Assembly (NCBI GenBank): GCA_048013815.1
Contig: CM106585.1
Location: 4,464,001-4,528,000, forward strand
Reading direction: 5' to 3'
Source of the DNA: Setoptus koraiensis
Taxonomy: Eukaryota > Animalia > Arthropoda
Length of the DNA: 64,000 bases
The notes beneath the pieces were generated by a model. The model was not told where the DNA came from. It did no database searches and saw only the letters and a list, made by a program, of their open reading frames with translations. Below, one piece after another: positions 36,401-49,400 of this stretch (positions are counted from its first letter, which is position 1; the number at the start of each line of letters is the position of its first letter). The position numbers and the translations under genes are program-made.

Positions 36401-38806
36401 ATGCTACTGAGTCTTACCTGCAAACTATTAGTTGAACATTCAGTACATCACCGAGCTTTAGTGAAGAAACCCGTCATCGTTAGCTTGAAGCGAGCCAGGT
36501 CATTCCATTGCCTACTATCCAGGATAAGTGCCGTAAATGAGAATTTGACCAACAATAATTACAGCTCAGACCCAGCGAACCGTGCCAGTAGCAACATAAC
36601 AAAGAGAGATAATAGACTAGAGGCAGTGAAGGCTGTGAATGCGATAAAACGAAGAAATTTCTTCAGAAATTATTTATTACACCAAGCCAAAATGGATCCC
36701 AAGCTGGAGGAAATATTGAGACCCCTGCGAGAGGCCGTGAAAGAGCAGGGCGACATTGTTAGATCACTGAAGGAGCAGAAGGCGCCAGAGCTGGACGTAA
36801 AGAAGGCAGTGACCGAATTGAAGGCACGCAAAAAGATATTAGAGGACAAAGAGCTGAGCTTAATACCGGCCGATTCCCTAATTGACCGTAGTCGGCTTGA
36901 GGATGTGCTAAAGCGAAGATTTTTCATTGAGCAGAGCTTCAGTATATATGGCGGCGTCTCGGGTCTCTACGATTACGGTCCGCCCGGCAAGGCGCTTAAA
37001 AAGAACATTCTCAACGAGTGGGACACCCATTTTGTCCTCGAGGAGGATCTGCTCGAAATAGAGGCCACCGAATTAACTCTGGAGCCTGTGCTGAAAGCCT
37101 CGGGCCACGTGGAACGATTTGCCGATCTCATGGTGAAGGATCTCAAAACGGGCGACTGTTACAGATTGGACCATCTGATTAAGGCGCATCTGGAAAAATT
37201 GCAATCGGCTAAGGATTGCAGTAACGAACAAAAACAAGAATTCGAGAAGATATTGGCACAATTGGACGGCTTCAGCAAATCCCAAATGAATGACGTACTA
37301 AGAAAATATCAAATGAAGGCGCCCGGCACAGGCAACGAGCTAGGCGAACCAATCGAATTCAATCTTATGTTCTCCACCACCATTGGACCAACTGGATTAG
37401 TCAAATCATTTTTGAGACCGGAGACTGCACAAGGAATATTTGTTAATTTCAAACGATTACTTGAGGCCAACCAAGGCAGACTACCGTTTGGTGCAGCTCA
37501 AATTGGTAAATCATTCAGAAACGAGATATCGCCGAGAAGTGGCATAATAAGATTACGCGAATTCACTATGGCCGAAATCGAGTATTTTGTTGATCCTTTA
37601 GATAAGAAGCACGTCAAGTTCCAATCGGTGAAGGATGAAAAGTTGAATCTTTATTCAGCATGCAATCAAATGGACGGTGAATCTTACAAGAATGTCACGC
37701 TGGGCGAGGCAGTGGCCCAAGGAACTATAGCAAACGAAGTATTAGCCTATTTTATATCTAGAATTAATTCGTTCATGATGAAAATAGGTATAAGCGGTGA
37801 CAAAATTCGTTTTAGACAACATTTAAGCAATGAAATGGCCCATTATGCCACTGACTGTTGGGACTGTGAGTGTCTGACATCTTATGGATGGGTTGAATGT
37901 GTCGGTTGTGCCGATAGATCTTGCTTCGATCTAACCCAACACACCAAGGCCACTGGAGTCAAACTGACAGCTAAACGTCCCTTGAAAGAAGCCAAACAGA
38001 TCGAGTTAGTTCAATGTGTACCTCAAAAAGCTGTCCTGGGCAAGGTATATAAGCAAGAGTTTAAAGTGATATCCGATACTTTGTCAGGAGCAGACGAACA
38101 ACAGATTGCCAGTTGGGAACAAGAACTGTCAGCTGGATTCTTTAAATTAAGCATTAACGACAAGGAGTATGAAATTACAAAAGATATGTTCACCATCAAG
38201 CGCGAAAAGAAAACGGTTCAAGTCGAGGAGGTTATACCAAGCGTTATTGAGCCCTCGTTTGGTATTGATCGTATCATGTATGCCGTCTTAGAACACAATT
38301 ATCGCATTAGAGATAACGATCAAATGCGATCGTATTTCAGTATACCAGCTATCGTCGCCCCAATTAAGTGTTCAGTTTTGCCACTAAGCAATAACGAAGA
38401 ATTCTTCCCCTTCACAGAGCAGATACTTAAAGATTTGAAACGAGAGAAAGTCAGGCCAAGATATGATGCTAGTAGCGAGTCTATTGGAAAGCGTTATGCT
38501 CGAACCGACGAAATCGGCATTGCATTTGGTATAACTGTAGATTTTGATACGCTGAAAGAGAATACTGTCACCCTCAGAGATCGTGATACAACGGAACAAA
38601 TAAGAGTGCCCGTAAGTAGAGATATGTTGTTATTCCAGTTCAAATTAATATTAATATGTCGATATTCACTAACTTTTTTTTCATCCTTTATCTTCTCTAT
38701 TTCTGACCAGGTCGATAAAATAGCTCCACTTGTGAGAGAATTAACCACAGGTGTCAAGACATGGGAGAATGCAAAACATTCATGGCCATTATTTGTGTCT
38801 TCGTAA
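36401..38806 (+). CDS. GARS: Glycyl-tRNA synthetase (eukaryotic alpha2 type, WHEP domain), probably dual mitochondrial/cytosolic; one 99-nt intron 38612-38710
   Basis: WHEP domain LREAVKEQGDIVRSLK..KKAVTELKARK; GLYDYGP, LRPETAQGIF, GKSFRNEISPR..REFTMAEIE, VIEPSFGIDR; anticodon domain YARTDEIGIAFGITVDF. Second Met (MDPKLEE) at 36692. Intron CCC|GTAAGT...GACCAG. Confidence 0.97.
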   Translation: MLLSLTCKLLVEHSVHHRALVKKPVIVSLKRARSFHCLLSRISAVNENLTNNNYSSDPANRASSNITKRDNRLEAVKAVNAIKRRNFFRNYLLHQAKMDPKLEEILRPLREAVKEQGDIVRSLKEQKAPELDVKKAVTELKARKKILEDKELSLIPADSLIDRSRLEDVLKRRFFIEQSFSIYGGVSGLYDYGPPGKALKKNILNEWDTHFVLEEDLLEIEATELTLEPVLKASGHVERFADLMVKDLKTGDCYRLDHLIKAHLEKLQSAKDCSNEQKQEFEKILAQLDGFSKSQMNDVLRKYQMKAPGTGNELGEPIEFNLMFSTTIGPTGLVKSFLRPETAQGIFVNFKRLLEANQGRLPFGAAQIGKSFRNEISPRSGIIRLREFTMAEIEYFVDPLDKKHVKFQSVKDEKLNLYSACNQMDGESYKNVTLGEAVAQGTIANEVLAYFISRINSFMMKIGISGDKIRFRQHLSNEMAHYATDCWDCECLTSYGWVECVGCADRSCFDLTQHTKATGVKLTAKRPLKEAKQIELVQCVPQKAVLGKVYKQEFKVISDTLSGADEQQIASWEQELSAGFFKLSINDKEYEITKDMFTIKREKKTVQVEEVIPSVIEPSFGIDRIMYAVLEHNYRIRDNDQMRSYFSIPAIVAPIKCSVLPLSNNEEFFPFTEQILKDLKREKVRPRYDASSESIGKRYARTDEIGIAFGITVDFDTLKENTVTLRDRDTTEQIRVPVSRDMLLFQFKLILICRYSLTFFSSFIFSISDQVDKIAPLVRELTTGVKTWENAKHSWPLFVSS

Positions 38807-41354
38807 AAATAAACATGCAATGAATATTTTCCATTTCTTTCGTCCGAGATTTGAAAAGATTTTATCTATGGGTATCCAAATGGTATTGAATAAACCAAAC
38901 CACATTACTTTCATCTTAGCAATCCTGGTACTATAGAAGTTTGTTATTTTGAGCAATCAAATGAAAGTTGTGGCCACATCTCGTCATTCATTCGACACAC
39001 AATTGACCGAGATCGGCCACATTCAGTCCCAGGTAAGACCTTACGAATGTAATTTAAAGGCACAATTGATGAAATTGACCACATACAATTCTAGTCTGAG
39101 TTTATTGAGCATAGCACAATTGATTAATGTCAACCACACAATATAGATATCGACTATAGATCGATGGAAAGATCAGAAGGTATTGATTGGACGATTGATT
39201 TCATCTGTCCATTGTCACGAAACTCTTTTGCTGACCACTTTCATATAGTAGCCACAATCAAGTTACTATTTCTATCGACAAACAATTTTTACAAAACTTT
39301 TCTTATATGCACAACATTTTTCGAATGGTCTATTTCAGCATGCTATCTGAGAATGGCACTGTCATGGCATGTCTTCGCAAGCACGTAGCAGACTCAGAAA
39401 TATTTCAGACTCGACTTGTGATTAAGTTCTTATCAATGCTGAAATTATTGTATTTTGAGATTTTTGTTCGAGAAGGAAAATGGTAGCTCTTCACAGTAGA
39501 TAGTAACCATTTATCAATCAGTTATTGTAAAGTTTTTACAATTAATCAATAAATGAACAAGGATTCGTAGTTCGTTGCACTAGCCGAAGTCAAACCAGCT
39601 AACGCAGTACCGTTGGTGCAAACAAATTAAATATCAGTTTCACTATAGCTCACTTGTATAATGAGACTCTCTACTATCATATCTAATGATTGCAGATCTA
39701 CTGCTCATTGCAAACAATCTTGATACGAAGAATCAACATGCTGAGCATCAACATAAAGTGAGTGTATAAGGTTGGATAACTCTAAATGTTCGTCAGTGAA
39801 CATCTGTACAATATAACGGCTAAAATTGGAAAAGAACGAAACTTCTTTGGAACTCGATAAAGAAATATTTGACAGAGTTGATCTTAGCATACTCGGATCA
39901 AGTGAATAATAGTTTCATTTTATTGCCACAATGAAAATCACCGCAGACGGTCATATTTTATGGGGTGACACTGATTTTCATCTCACTTGGCAGTAGATGC
40001 AACTTGGATAGAATAGCTCGATCGGTGCTGGTCAAGCCGCTACACCAGAATAAATAGTCACTGAATAGGCCCCACCAATAAATGCTCTTCAAATAAATAT
40101 TTCGTCTATTATTTGAACTTATATTTGCAAAGCAACCACAATTTTGAATGTATGTATATCATAGATTTAAATAATGGCGGTGATAGTGACAATGGCGAGT
40201 TAGCTGAATTGGCCGTGGTGGCTACAAGAAGTTTTGCATCACTTATTATTATCACTGCTTACGCAATGACAAGCTCGACAAGCTCAACAAGTGTGTTTGC
40301 ATTGTTGACTTTTGTCACGCTGCTGTGATCTTAATTGTCGTCGAAATGACCCAAACAACTGAGACAACGCTGGCTCTGTTGTTGATTTTGTTGGTTGTGT
40401 TGGCCCTGATGACCCTATTGACCGCAACTACTGTAGTAGCTGCAGTTGCTGCTGCCACTGCATCATTTATATGGAATATATAACCTGTATATATGGTATA
40501 TCTGCAAAGAGATAAATTGAGATGGACGAAGACATTATTGGAAGTAAAAACACAATATGTATAAGCCGATATGATATGTCGATCAGTGGGCAACGGTGAC
40601 TCAACGTCGACACATCACTGTCTAAGCCTCTGGTATCACCTGTCGCTTGTTGGCTGGCAAGCGACGACTGTACTTTCTCTCTGTTGGTTCGTTGAGCTGA
40701 CTTGTCGTTTGATTAGATTGGGATGCTTTTTGCGTTAGCATAAATAAACTCTGTTCAAGTTGATTGAATGCAACGCTGTTTCCTATAATAACTAGAGCAA
40801 CTAGTGACTTCAAGCTGCCGTCAGCAATTCTATATATTGATATTTCTTTCGTCTGACAATTGCTCTTCTTCTTTTTGCTTCCACAGCAATCACTGCAACA
40901 AGCCTCCCAGATAAGATATCAGCCACTGGCTATCGGCGGCTGGTGTGTTTGCAAACTCTGGAGAGATAATAGCGGCCAATGAATGACCGGAGAGGTTCAT
41001 GTACTCGCTTCTTTCTTGCTTCTCGCTGCTGCTGATGATATGAGATTTTCTGTTTGTATTATGTCAAGTTTGTGAGCAGTTGCAAGTGACTCAGCTGCAC
41101 ATGTTACATTGTGTTGCTTGGGGTGGCTCAAACATATTGTATTGTTGGTATGTGTACCGAAATTATGAATGTCCACACAACAGGCCCAGGCAATTTAGAG
41201 AAATATAAAATCAATTGAAAGTTGAACTAGACAAATAAGCAAAACTTTTCCTCTCGTTGCCGCTGTTGCTGGCGAGAGCGGCGTTACTTTTTCTGCCATC
41301 TCGAATCGGTGCGATGTGTTTTATGAGCTCAGACCGTTGCGGCGACGCGATTGC

Positions 41355-41410
41355 CTCGAACGCTGCGAACGCTGCGAACGCTTCGAACGCTCCGAACGCT
41401 TCGAACGCTG
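41355..41410. repeat. 9-nt tandem repeat (T/G)CGAACGCT x6
   Basis: ctcgaacgctgcgaacgctgcgaacgcttcgaacgctccgaacgcttcgaacgctg read directly. Confidence 0.85.
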
Positions 41411-43463
41411 CCCATGCATCATGCGCTGGCATGTTTCAGATGTCATTGGACAGAGAGTGAGTGGCGTCATTAGCCACCAGACAAGCAAGCGAAACAGCAG
41501 AGAGTTGCAATACGACATGACACCAACAAGAAATGTTTGTTTTGTATTTGTGTTTTTTGCGCGACACAACACAGTCAGTAGAGAGACATGTCCAGTGATC
41601 GAAGAAAGTAGTCGCAGTTTGTAGTAGCAGATTGTTACATCATTATCCATCATTATCATCATCTGTCATTGGCGGCATCGTTGTCGTCGGCATTTCATTC
41701 AGTCAAGTTGCTGTCAGTGGACACATTCCATTAAGCATCATAATTAAAACATAATTAAACGAATAATGGACGTCATTAAATTAGAATTGTGCAAGTGTTA
41801 GTGTGACATTTTTAGCCAGCTCACGAGTGCAAAAACAGGAAAACAAAGCAGGCAACGCAATAACAAGACGACGCGACAAACGGCCCATTGATCATTACGC
41901 AATTGTACAAGAATTGTGGCATGTTGAATGAGGCGACCCTATGACAGTGGCAACAACAGTGTTATAGTTTTAGTAACAGTGAATTATCTGTTATCAGTGT
42001 GACGGTGGCCGGCTTGTTGGCCAGCGATACGGTGTGACGACAGCACTAGCAACAACAGCAACTGTCAGATTGTTCAGTTTCGGTTGCCATCTATGTTGTG
42101 CGGCGATACAAACAAGCCGATTCGAAAGCCGATACTCACTAGATAAGAGAGAGAGCAAATTTACAATAGCGAGCGCCGTTTGAGAACAAAACACTCCATG
42201 TGAATGTGTGAACGGGGTAGATAATTAGCCGGCTCGCCAGCAGTAACTCGATAGCGGCTCGGCCGTTCCGATTAACGCTTCCACAAGAAGCAAACACATG
42301 AAAATATCCAGCTCATTTGATACTGGATACTGCCCACGAAGATACGACACACTCAAGCCAGCCACACACAGCTGACCACACGATCGCCAGTATCTCACAC
42401 CAGTGCACTGTGACAGCCCACTAATGGTCACTATCACCTTGTCACCTACAAACAGGCAACAATAACAACAATAACAACACAAGTGCACAAGAGAGAAACC
42501 TCGTTGGAACTCCGATAACTCGCTTATTCGATTGGCCGATTATTCGTTTATGCGCCAGTGTCCAGCAGCAATAGCAGCAGCAGAGAAGAAGCGGCTCAAC
42601 AAGCTCAACAGCAACAAGTGTCCCTCGAAATCATAACTTCCCACACACACTAAACCGCATAAACCGCATATGTCACTTGTGTCACTTGCATCGCTTGTAT
42701 CACTTGAGTCGCTTGTGTCGCTTGTATCGCGGATTGGCAGATTAGCCCATTAGCAGCGTGAAAGGCTCATCGTCAACGACCAAAACCAAAAGAATCGGCG
42801 AGATTGTTCTTTTCCGTGGCGAACACTCTCTTGTGTCGAGTGCTGACAAAACATGGAAAACCAGAACTAGAACTAGAGTCAAGTGACAAGTTGCAGCAAC
42901 AACTGACCACTCACAACTCATCGCCCGACACAATTTTGCGCCACCTGTAAGAGCGTATCAATCGTCGTCAGTTGACTGTCGACAAGACTGACACAATTGC
43001 CAAGACACTTGTGAAAGCTTCTGCTGGCTGTCATTGCCTAGATAGCGAATAGCAAGCAGCGAGCAGCAAATTGAATAGCAAAGACACAGACAAAAGACAA
43101 ACAAACACCACACATTGCATAATATTGCATCGCAAGTGACATGATAAGCTGCGGCTAGTATCACCAATCATCACTGTTGGCCACTGTGGTGGCGCAAAGC
43201 GGCGACCATGATGATAATTATGCTAATAGCGATCATACAAATAATGACAACAACGTCACCAGCAACAGTCAACGGTTGAACCAGCAACGCATATATCACC
43301 ATATCCAAGCCACTTTGCAGCAGATAAACAGCTACACACAGCACTAGCATAGATAGACAGCCAGCAACAGAGAGAGAGATAAATAAATAAGAGAGCCATG
43401 AAAGAAGAAAGGCAACGCGCCAGACGCGGCTTAATTGGCAAATGGGGCCAATTAAACCAAACA

Positions 43464-46400
43464 ATGCCGCGTCATGCCACCCAATCTAGCTCGCACCGAT
43501 TGGGCCCGTTCACCAAGACAACAACCGTTTTAATAGCAAAACAGTTATTAATTGTTAAACTGTTAATAATATCTCAAGTTATAAGATGTGATACTAGTCA
43601 ACAACAACAACAACAGCACTCGCTTTTGAATCAAGCACCATCACAACTATTGCAACAACAGCAACACCATACGCACGCAAACAAGCTCAGAACGACGGCT
43701 CGTCAATTGATTAAGACCACCAGCAATTATCTGCACAACAACGCCAATTTCGCCAACAATCTCGACAATAATGTAAGTATCAATCAATTGTATCCAAAGA
43801 TACACTAAATTCACTGAATCAAAACAAAACAAATCAATTCAATTTACGCTTCCATCCTGTCGTGCTCAACAACGTGCCAGAACACCGCCGCAAGCACACT
43901 TGCAATCACAAACTCAATCAATAGGCTTCACAGAGATACCAATGTTCCTAATGCCTCATATAAACAGCATCCTCTGGGGCCAAAATCATCCCATAAATCG
44001 AGCAGGCAAGATCAGGCCAACTCAACTGGTCGCAACTGGCTGCAACAACAACCAAAAACACACAATCTCAGTATCAATAACAGTAGATCACAGTCGCATC
44101 ACATAAGCGACCTGCTGAATAAAAATAATAATGTTAGGCGACAAAATTTCACTTCCAGCTACCACGTTAATCCTATTAATAATAACAATAATAATAGTAT
44201 TAGTAGACATCAATCGCAAACGACGACCATTTCGGGCAAACGAAACAAAAGCAAGAATAGCAGCAGCAGCAGTAGTAATTTGAACGATGTTCTACAGGCG
44301 GCCGCAAGCAATTACATTGTGGCCACTTTAGATGGTAAATCTGTCAATTTAAATCCGCCATATGAAACAATGTCAAAGGAACACCAACAACAACACTATC
44401 ATCATTATTATCCGAACAACAATGCCAATAATCGTCAACATAATCGTAACAGCAACAACAGCAATTATAACAATCAATTCTCCGATACTACAGACGTAGA
44501 TATAATTGGTGTTAATACTAACCAAGACGCAACAACAATGCATCAAAACAATATTGACTATACCAATAACAACAATTACGGGCCCAACACACATGCCAAT
44601 TTAACTGGGGCCAATAATTTAGATTACATCACTAATGAATCATCACAGCCAGGTTCAAGTGATCAACAGGTTAGCTCTTCAGATAATAGATTAGACTATG
44701 AGATAATAGGTGACGCCGATGAGCCGCATCAAGTGTCCCCTGACACGCTCAATCAGCAACACAATGCAACTTATGGCGGCAACAACAACAGCAACAATAT
44801 GAGACAGTTTAAATCTATTTATCATGATGCAGTTGACACGACAGTGAGTGACAGCAGCCCATTCGAGCAACATAACAACAATAATAGATATTTCAACAAC
44901 AACAACCACTCTCAGTCAATGCCGAACAACCGTCCAGTGTATCCTGTTTTAGTTAGACAACAGAGACAATATCCCATGAACGGTCAACAACAAGCTCACT
45001 CTAATTATTTTCAGATGAACAATTCAAATAACAATTTCAGACAGCAGCAGCAGCAATATGATCGCGATCATGACAATCAACAACAGAATAGCTATCTAAG
45101 TGAGGCCACAGTGTACAACAACAATGATCACACGGACAAACTAATTGACAATTTTTTAAATCGGGAACATAATCCAAGTCACATGCAAGCAACTGGCAGC
45201 ACTGGCAGCAATGCTTCCCAGTTACATCAGACCGTCCAGCCAGAGCCAGATCAGTCAGGCTACCAGGAGCAAACGGTTCGCTTGATAGAGGAAGAGGACA
45301 ACGCCGGCGGAGTGGACAATCAAAATGTATATCAGTCGGCAGTGGGTCAAAACAACAGCGAGCAGCAACTACTGCAAAATGACGACAACAACAACAAGTC
45401 ACTGGACAGAGTCGAGAAGGACAGCGAGGCGTCGGACAACGACGATCAGTCGTCCGAGCAACAAATGGCCAGGCCAACAGTGGGCGATTTACCGCCGGCT
45501 CCCCAATTGCCTATTCAATACGATTCGGAGATTCACATGCCGCCAGAGGGTTATTATGATGATTATTTTAAGCCAAAAACTGGCATCAACAATGTCACCT
45601 ATGACAATCAACAGGCAAACAATTTAATGAGATTAGACACGGCCGATAATAACAAACTGTTGGGCGCCAACAACAACAACAGTGCCACAAATACAATAAC
45701 AGCTGACTCGCAAACAACCAACATAACTGGAGGCAACGGATGGTTGACATTTTTCAACAATAACGACACCGGCTCAAGCTTGCCAATTGACAACATCACA
45801 ACCGATCGTGTTGTTGCAAACAAGTTGCTTGGCCGCGACGATTCCGCAACAGGTAACAACAATGTTGTTTTATCGGCGCACCAGCAGCAACAGCAGAAAT
45901 CGTCGTCATCTATTGATGATGCCAGTTCTAGTGATCAATTTAGGAATCATCGTTACAGCAATTTACGAGCCATGGACAGTAGCAATCAACAGCAACAGCA
46001 ACAACATCAGCAACGACAACAACAAATCAACAGCAACAACATTAAGCACATGAATGGTCAATTGGACGGTCACAATGGGGCCTCAATTGTTGACCATCAG
46101 CCACCGGCCAACAGCGGGGACAAAGATAGAGCCTCAATAATGTATAACGGCTATCAGGCCGTTCAACCAAAGATGGAGTATTATCAGAATCACGCAAAAA
46201 TGGTGGCAATGTCAGCCGTTGATCAGCATTACCAAAATCAATTGAATAATCAGCCTATAATGGAGCAGCAGCAGCAGCAACAACAAAACGACAACCAATC
46301 ACCATATGGCACCACCAATTGGCTCGAGTCTGCAAAAAAGAATCATAATAGGCGCAACAACAACAAACAGGCTCAGCGCCCATTGGCCAGCTCGGATTAT

Positions 46401-49400
46401 TCATCATTGCCGGCTCATTTGAGTGGCAACAACAACAACAACAACAGCCAGAGGGGCCGAGCAACAACAAACATCGAGCTCATAAATGACGAAGGACCGC
46501 TGATATTCGGTCTGAAGGGCGCCAACAACAACAACAACTCACCTGACAAATACAATTACAACACCGACAATGATAGTGATAATAAATCGGCGGATAGCAG
46601 CGCCAACGACGACAGCGACACCTCGGACAATGCTGGAAACAACAGTGACAATATTGAAATACAAACGAGCTCGACTAAACACATTCAAGACGCCAATGAT
46701 TGGAACAAAACCCATGGCCAAACAGCAATGGGCAATAATGAATCAAATAACGGCAACTATGAATACAATAATGCAAGGCGTCAGTCAAACGGCAACAAAT
46801 CCGTAATAGACTATGATGGAACTGGCTATAGGCGACCCACGAATAAATTGTCGCCAGCGGGCAACAATCGTCACAATTCAACCACTACGAGACGACCATT
46901 GAATGGCGAGCAATCACTGAAAAATCTTGTCTTGTCTCATCCGACTGTCGAACCGCAACCCAGTTCGCCTGTGGACACAATCAGAAAATTGAGAGAAATG
47001 AAGCCACAACCTGACAGAAATGAGCTCATGAACGAATTATTGACCGCTCTGGACAGAGTCAAGGTGGCCATTTACAAATTGCAGCCACTGACAGCAAAAG
47101 TGAACGCCATCTACAGGAAATCGGTGTCCTCTAACACACGCGACGTAGTTATGGACAATCATAAGGGCACCTACGCCAAGAGATATCCGCCCGGCCACTA
47201 CGACGACACCTATGACCGGTTGCATCCTAGCGAAAAACTGGCCACCGGCGACTCGGTGCCAAACGCCGTCTACGTGCCCGCTCCCAAGGACGTTGTAAAT
47301 GCTTATTACAGCGACAATAAAAATAAGCTATCAGCCAATTCGACAGCCGGCACGACAGCAGACGGCAATTCCAACAGCGTGCTGAGGACCGGCAATTTGG
47401 AGATTCATGCCAGCGAATCGAGTGATCACATTCCCACAATAGTGGCCACGGGAGTTGGTAGGCGCCTAGAAAACGGACAGGTGATGGGCGAGCTAGAGGT
47501 GACAGGCGAGCCTAGCGCGGCAAAAACTAACAACAGTCGGTCCACCGATGACAGCAACAATTCGGCGGCGCCCGATTTTGTGCCGGAGGCGCAACTGAAC
47601 GACAACGAGCCTCTGTTCGGTTACAGGATAACTATATTTCAATCGCCCGATGACTATCAAGTGCCAAAAGTCAGCGATACCACCGATTCTCGGCAGACAG
47701 ACGCCGGCGACGAGTGGCCCGACGAGTACGGACTGCAGCGTAGCGGCTACCAAACAACAGCGACCGACAACTCAGCGCCGTCAGATGGCGACGAGTCGGG
47801 ATATCTGGAGCGCAGATCGGACGCAACAGCGGTCGACGCCGGGCCAGAAGACGACGATTACATGACCACCAGCGAATCCACCATTATGGAACACGAGATA
47901 CAGGCGGACGCTAGCGAAGTGAAGAAAAAATATCATGGAGGCGGCAAAAGCGAAGAGCACGAATCCGGCGAGTCGTCCGGTGGCAAAAAGGAGGCCAAGA
48001 AAGAGGGCAAAATGAAAAAAAGCGAAGAGAAGGGCAAGAAGCATCATGCAGAAACGAAGAAAAAGAAAGAGTACAAAAAGATAAAACAACAGAAGGGCAT
48101 CATGAAGAAAGAGAAAAAGACAATGCATCGCGACAAGCATGTGGCGGCCCACGACAAGGGGGTGGCCAAGGAGAAGGCCCTGAAAGAGCGGACACAAATT
48201 GAATTTTTCGAACGAGAACAAATAGTGGATGACGAGCACGAAAAGGGTCAAAAGTCCCTGGTGAAGGCGGGCTGGCAAACTGGCGCCGAATCAAAGAAAG
48301 CCATGAAATTTAGTGCCAACAAGCCGGAAACTTATGTGCACGAAGACGGCAAGGAAGGAAAGGACGGATCTATGATGAAGAAGCATTCGCATTATGAAAA
48401 GGACCACGAAAACAAGATGAACAAGGCCAATTTGCACTCGAGCAACAAGTACGAAAAGAAAAACATGGAGAAAAAGGGCAAAAAGTTCAAAGGTTGGCGA
48501 GAAAAGGGCTACAAGATCATTACGGAAACGGAATTCATCGACAGGGGTCAGTATAATAAGTTTAGCTCATGTTTGATTTCGCTCGAGATTTTGCTTGTGG
48601 ATGATATTTTGTCTATGTGAATGTAATTTGTGATTAACTCTCTCTCTCTCTCTCACCCGTTGATTCTTTTCCGCTCTACTAAAACTTTTGTCGTCGCCAG
48701 GTTCATTGCACGATTCGGCCTACAAAAAGAGAGACAAGGGCGCAGCTGAGCATATGATACACAAGAAACAGGAGGCGAGCTCCGAGGGACACCACGGAAC
48801 ATTGATGGAAATGTCGAAGAAAAAGTCGGGCAAACATTCTAAAAAGTCTGACTCTAAGGAGCACGGTTCCAAGAAACACAAGGAATCGATGAAGAAAAAG
48901 AAGAAACACAAGAAGAAAAAGAAGAAGAAAGAATTCGAGAAGGACTTCGAAAATGATCACGACCACGAGGAATCGATAATGGCCGCAACTGTCACACCAA
49001 GAGGAAATAGTGACATGAACGCTTACTCGAATGAGACCGCTTACGAGACCACTCTCAGGCCGATTTATTCTAACAACAATCAGTCTACAACTCTGAACAG
49101 ACTATTATCGGGTGGCCACGATGAAAAGGTGTTTAATTTTACAAGTGATAATACGGGCAACAATTTGCAGCGACGCAACAATACTAGCGGCAGTTATAAT
49201 CGCGGGGGCGTAGATAATAAATATGTAGCCAGCAATGTGAGTGTCAGTTTTAGCGGTCATGTCAGGCCCAATCAACAGCCTGTGTTGAGTGAACAAAACA
49301 AATCCATTTTGTCTAGTCTGCAGGCCATTTTAGCCAAGCAAAACTCCGACATTGATATTGTTGACAATTCAACTGGCAAGCATGTTAATAAGACAAAACT

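Noticed and set aside
38949-39388. HIQSQVRPYECN and FICPLSRNSF look like zinc-finger linker fragments
   Set aside because: The Cys/His spacing is incomplete; too weak to call a pseudogene.
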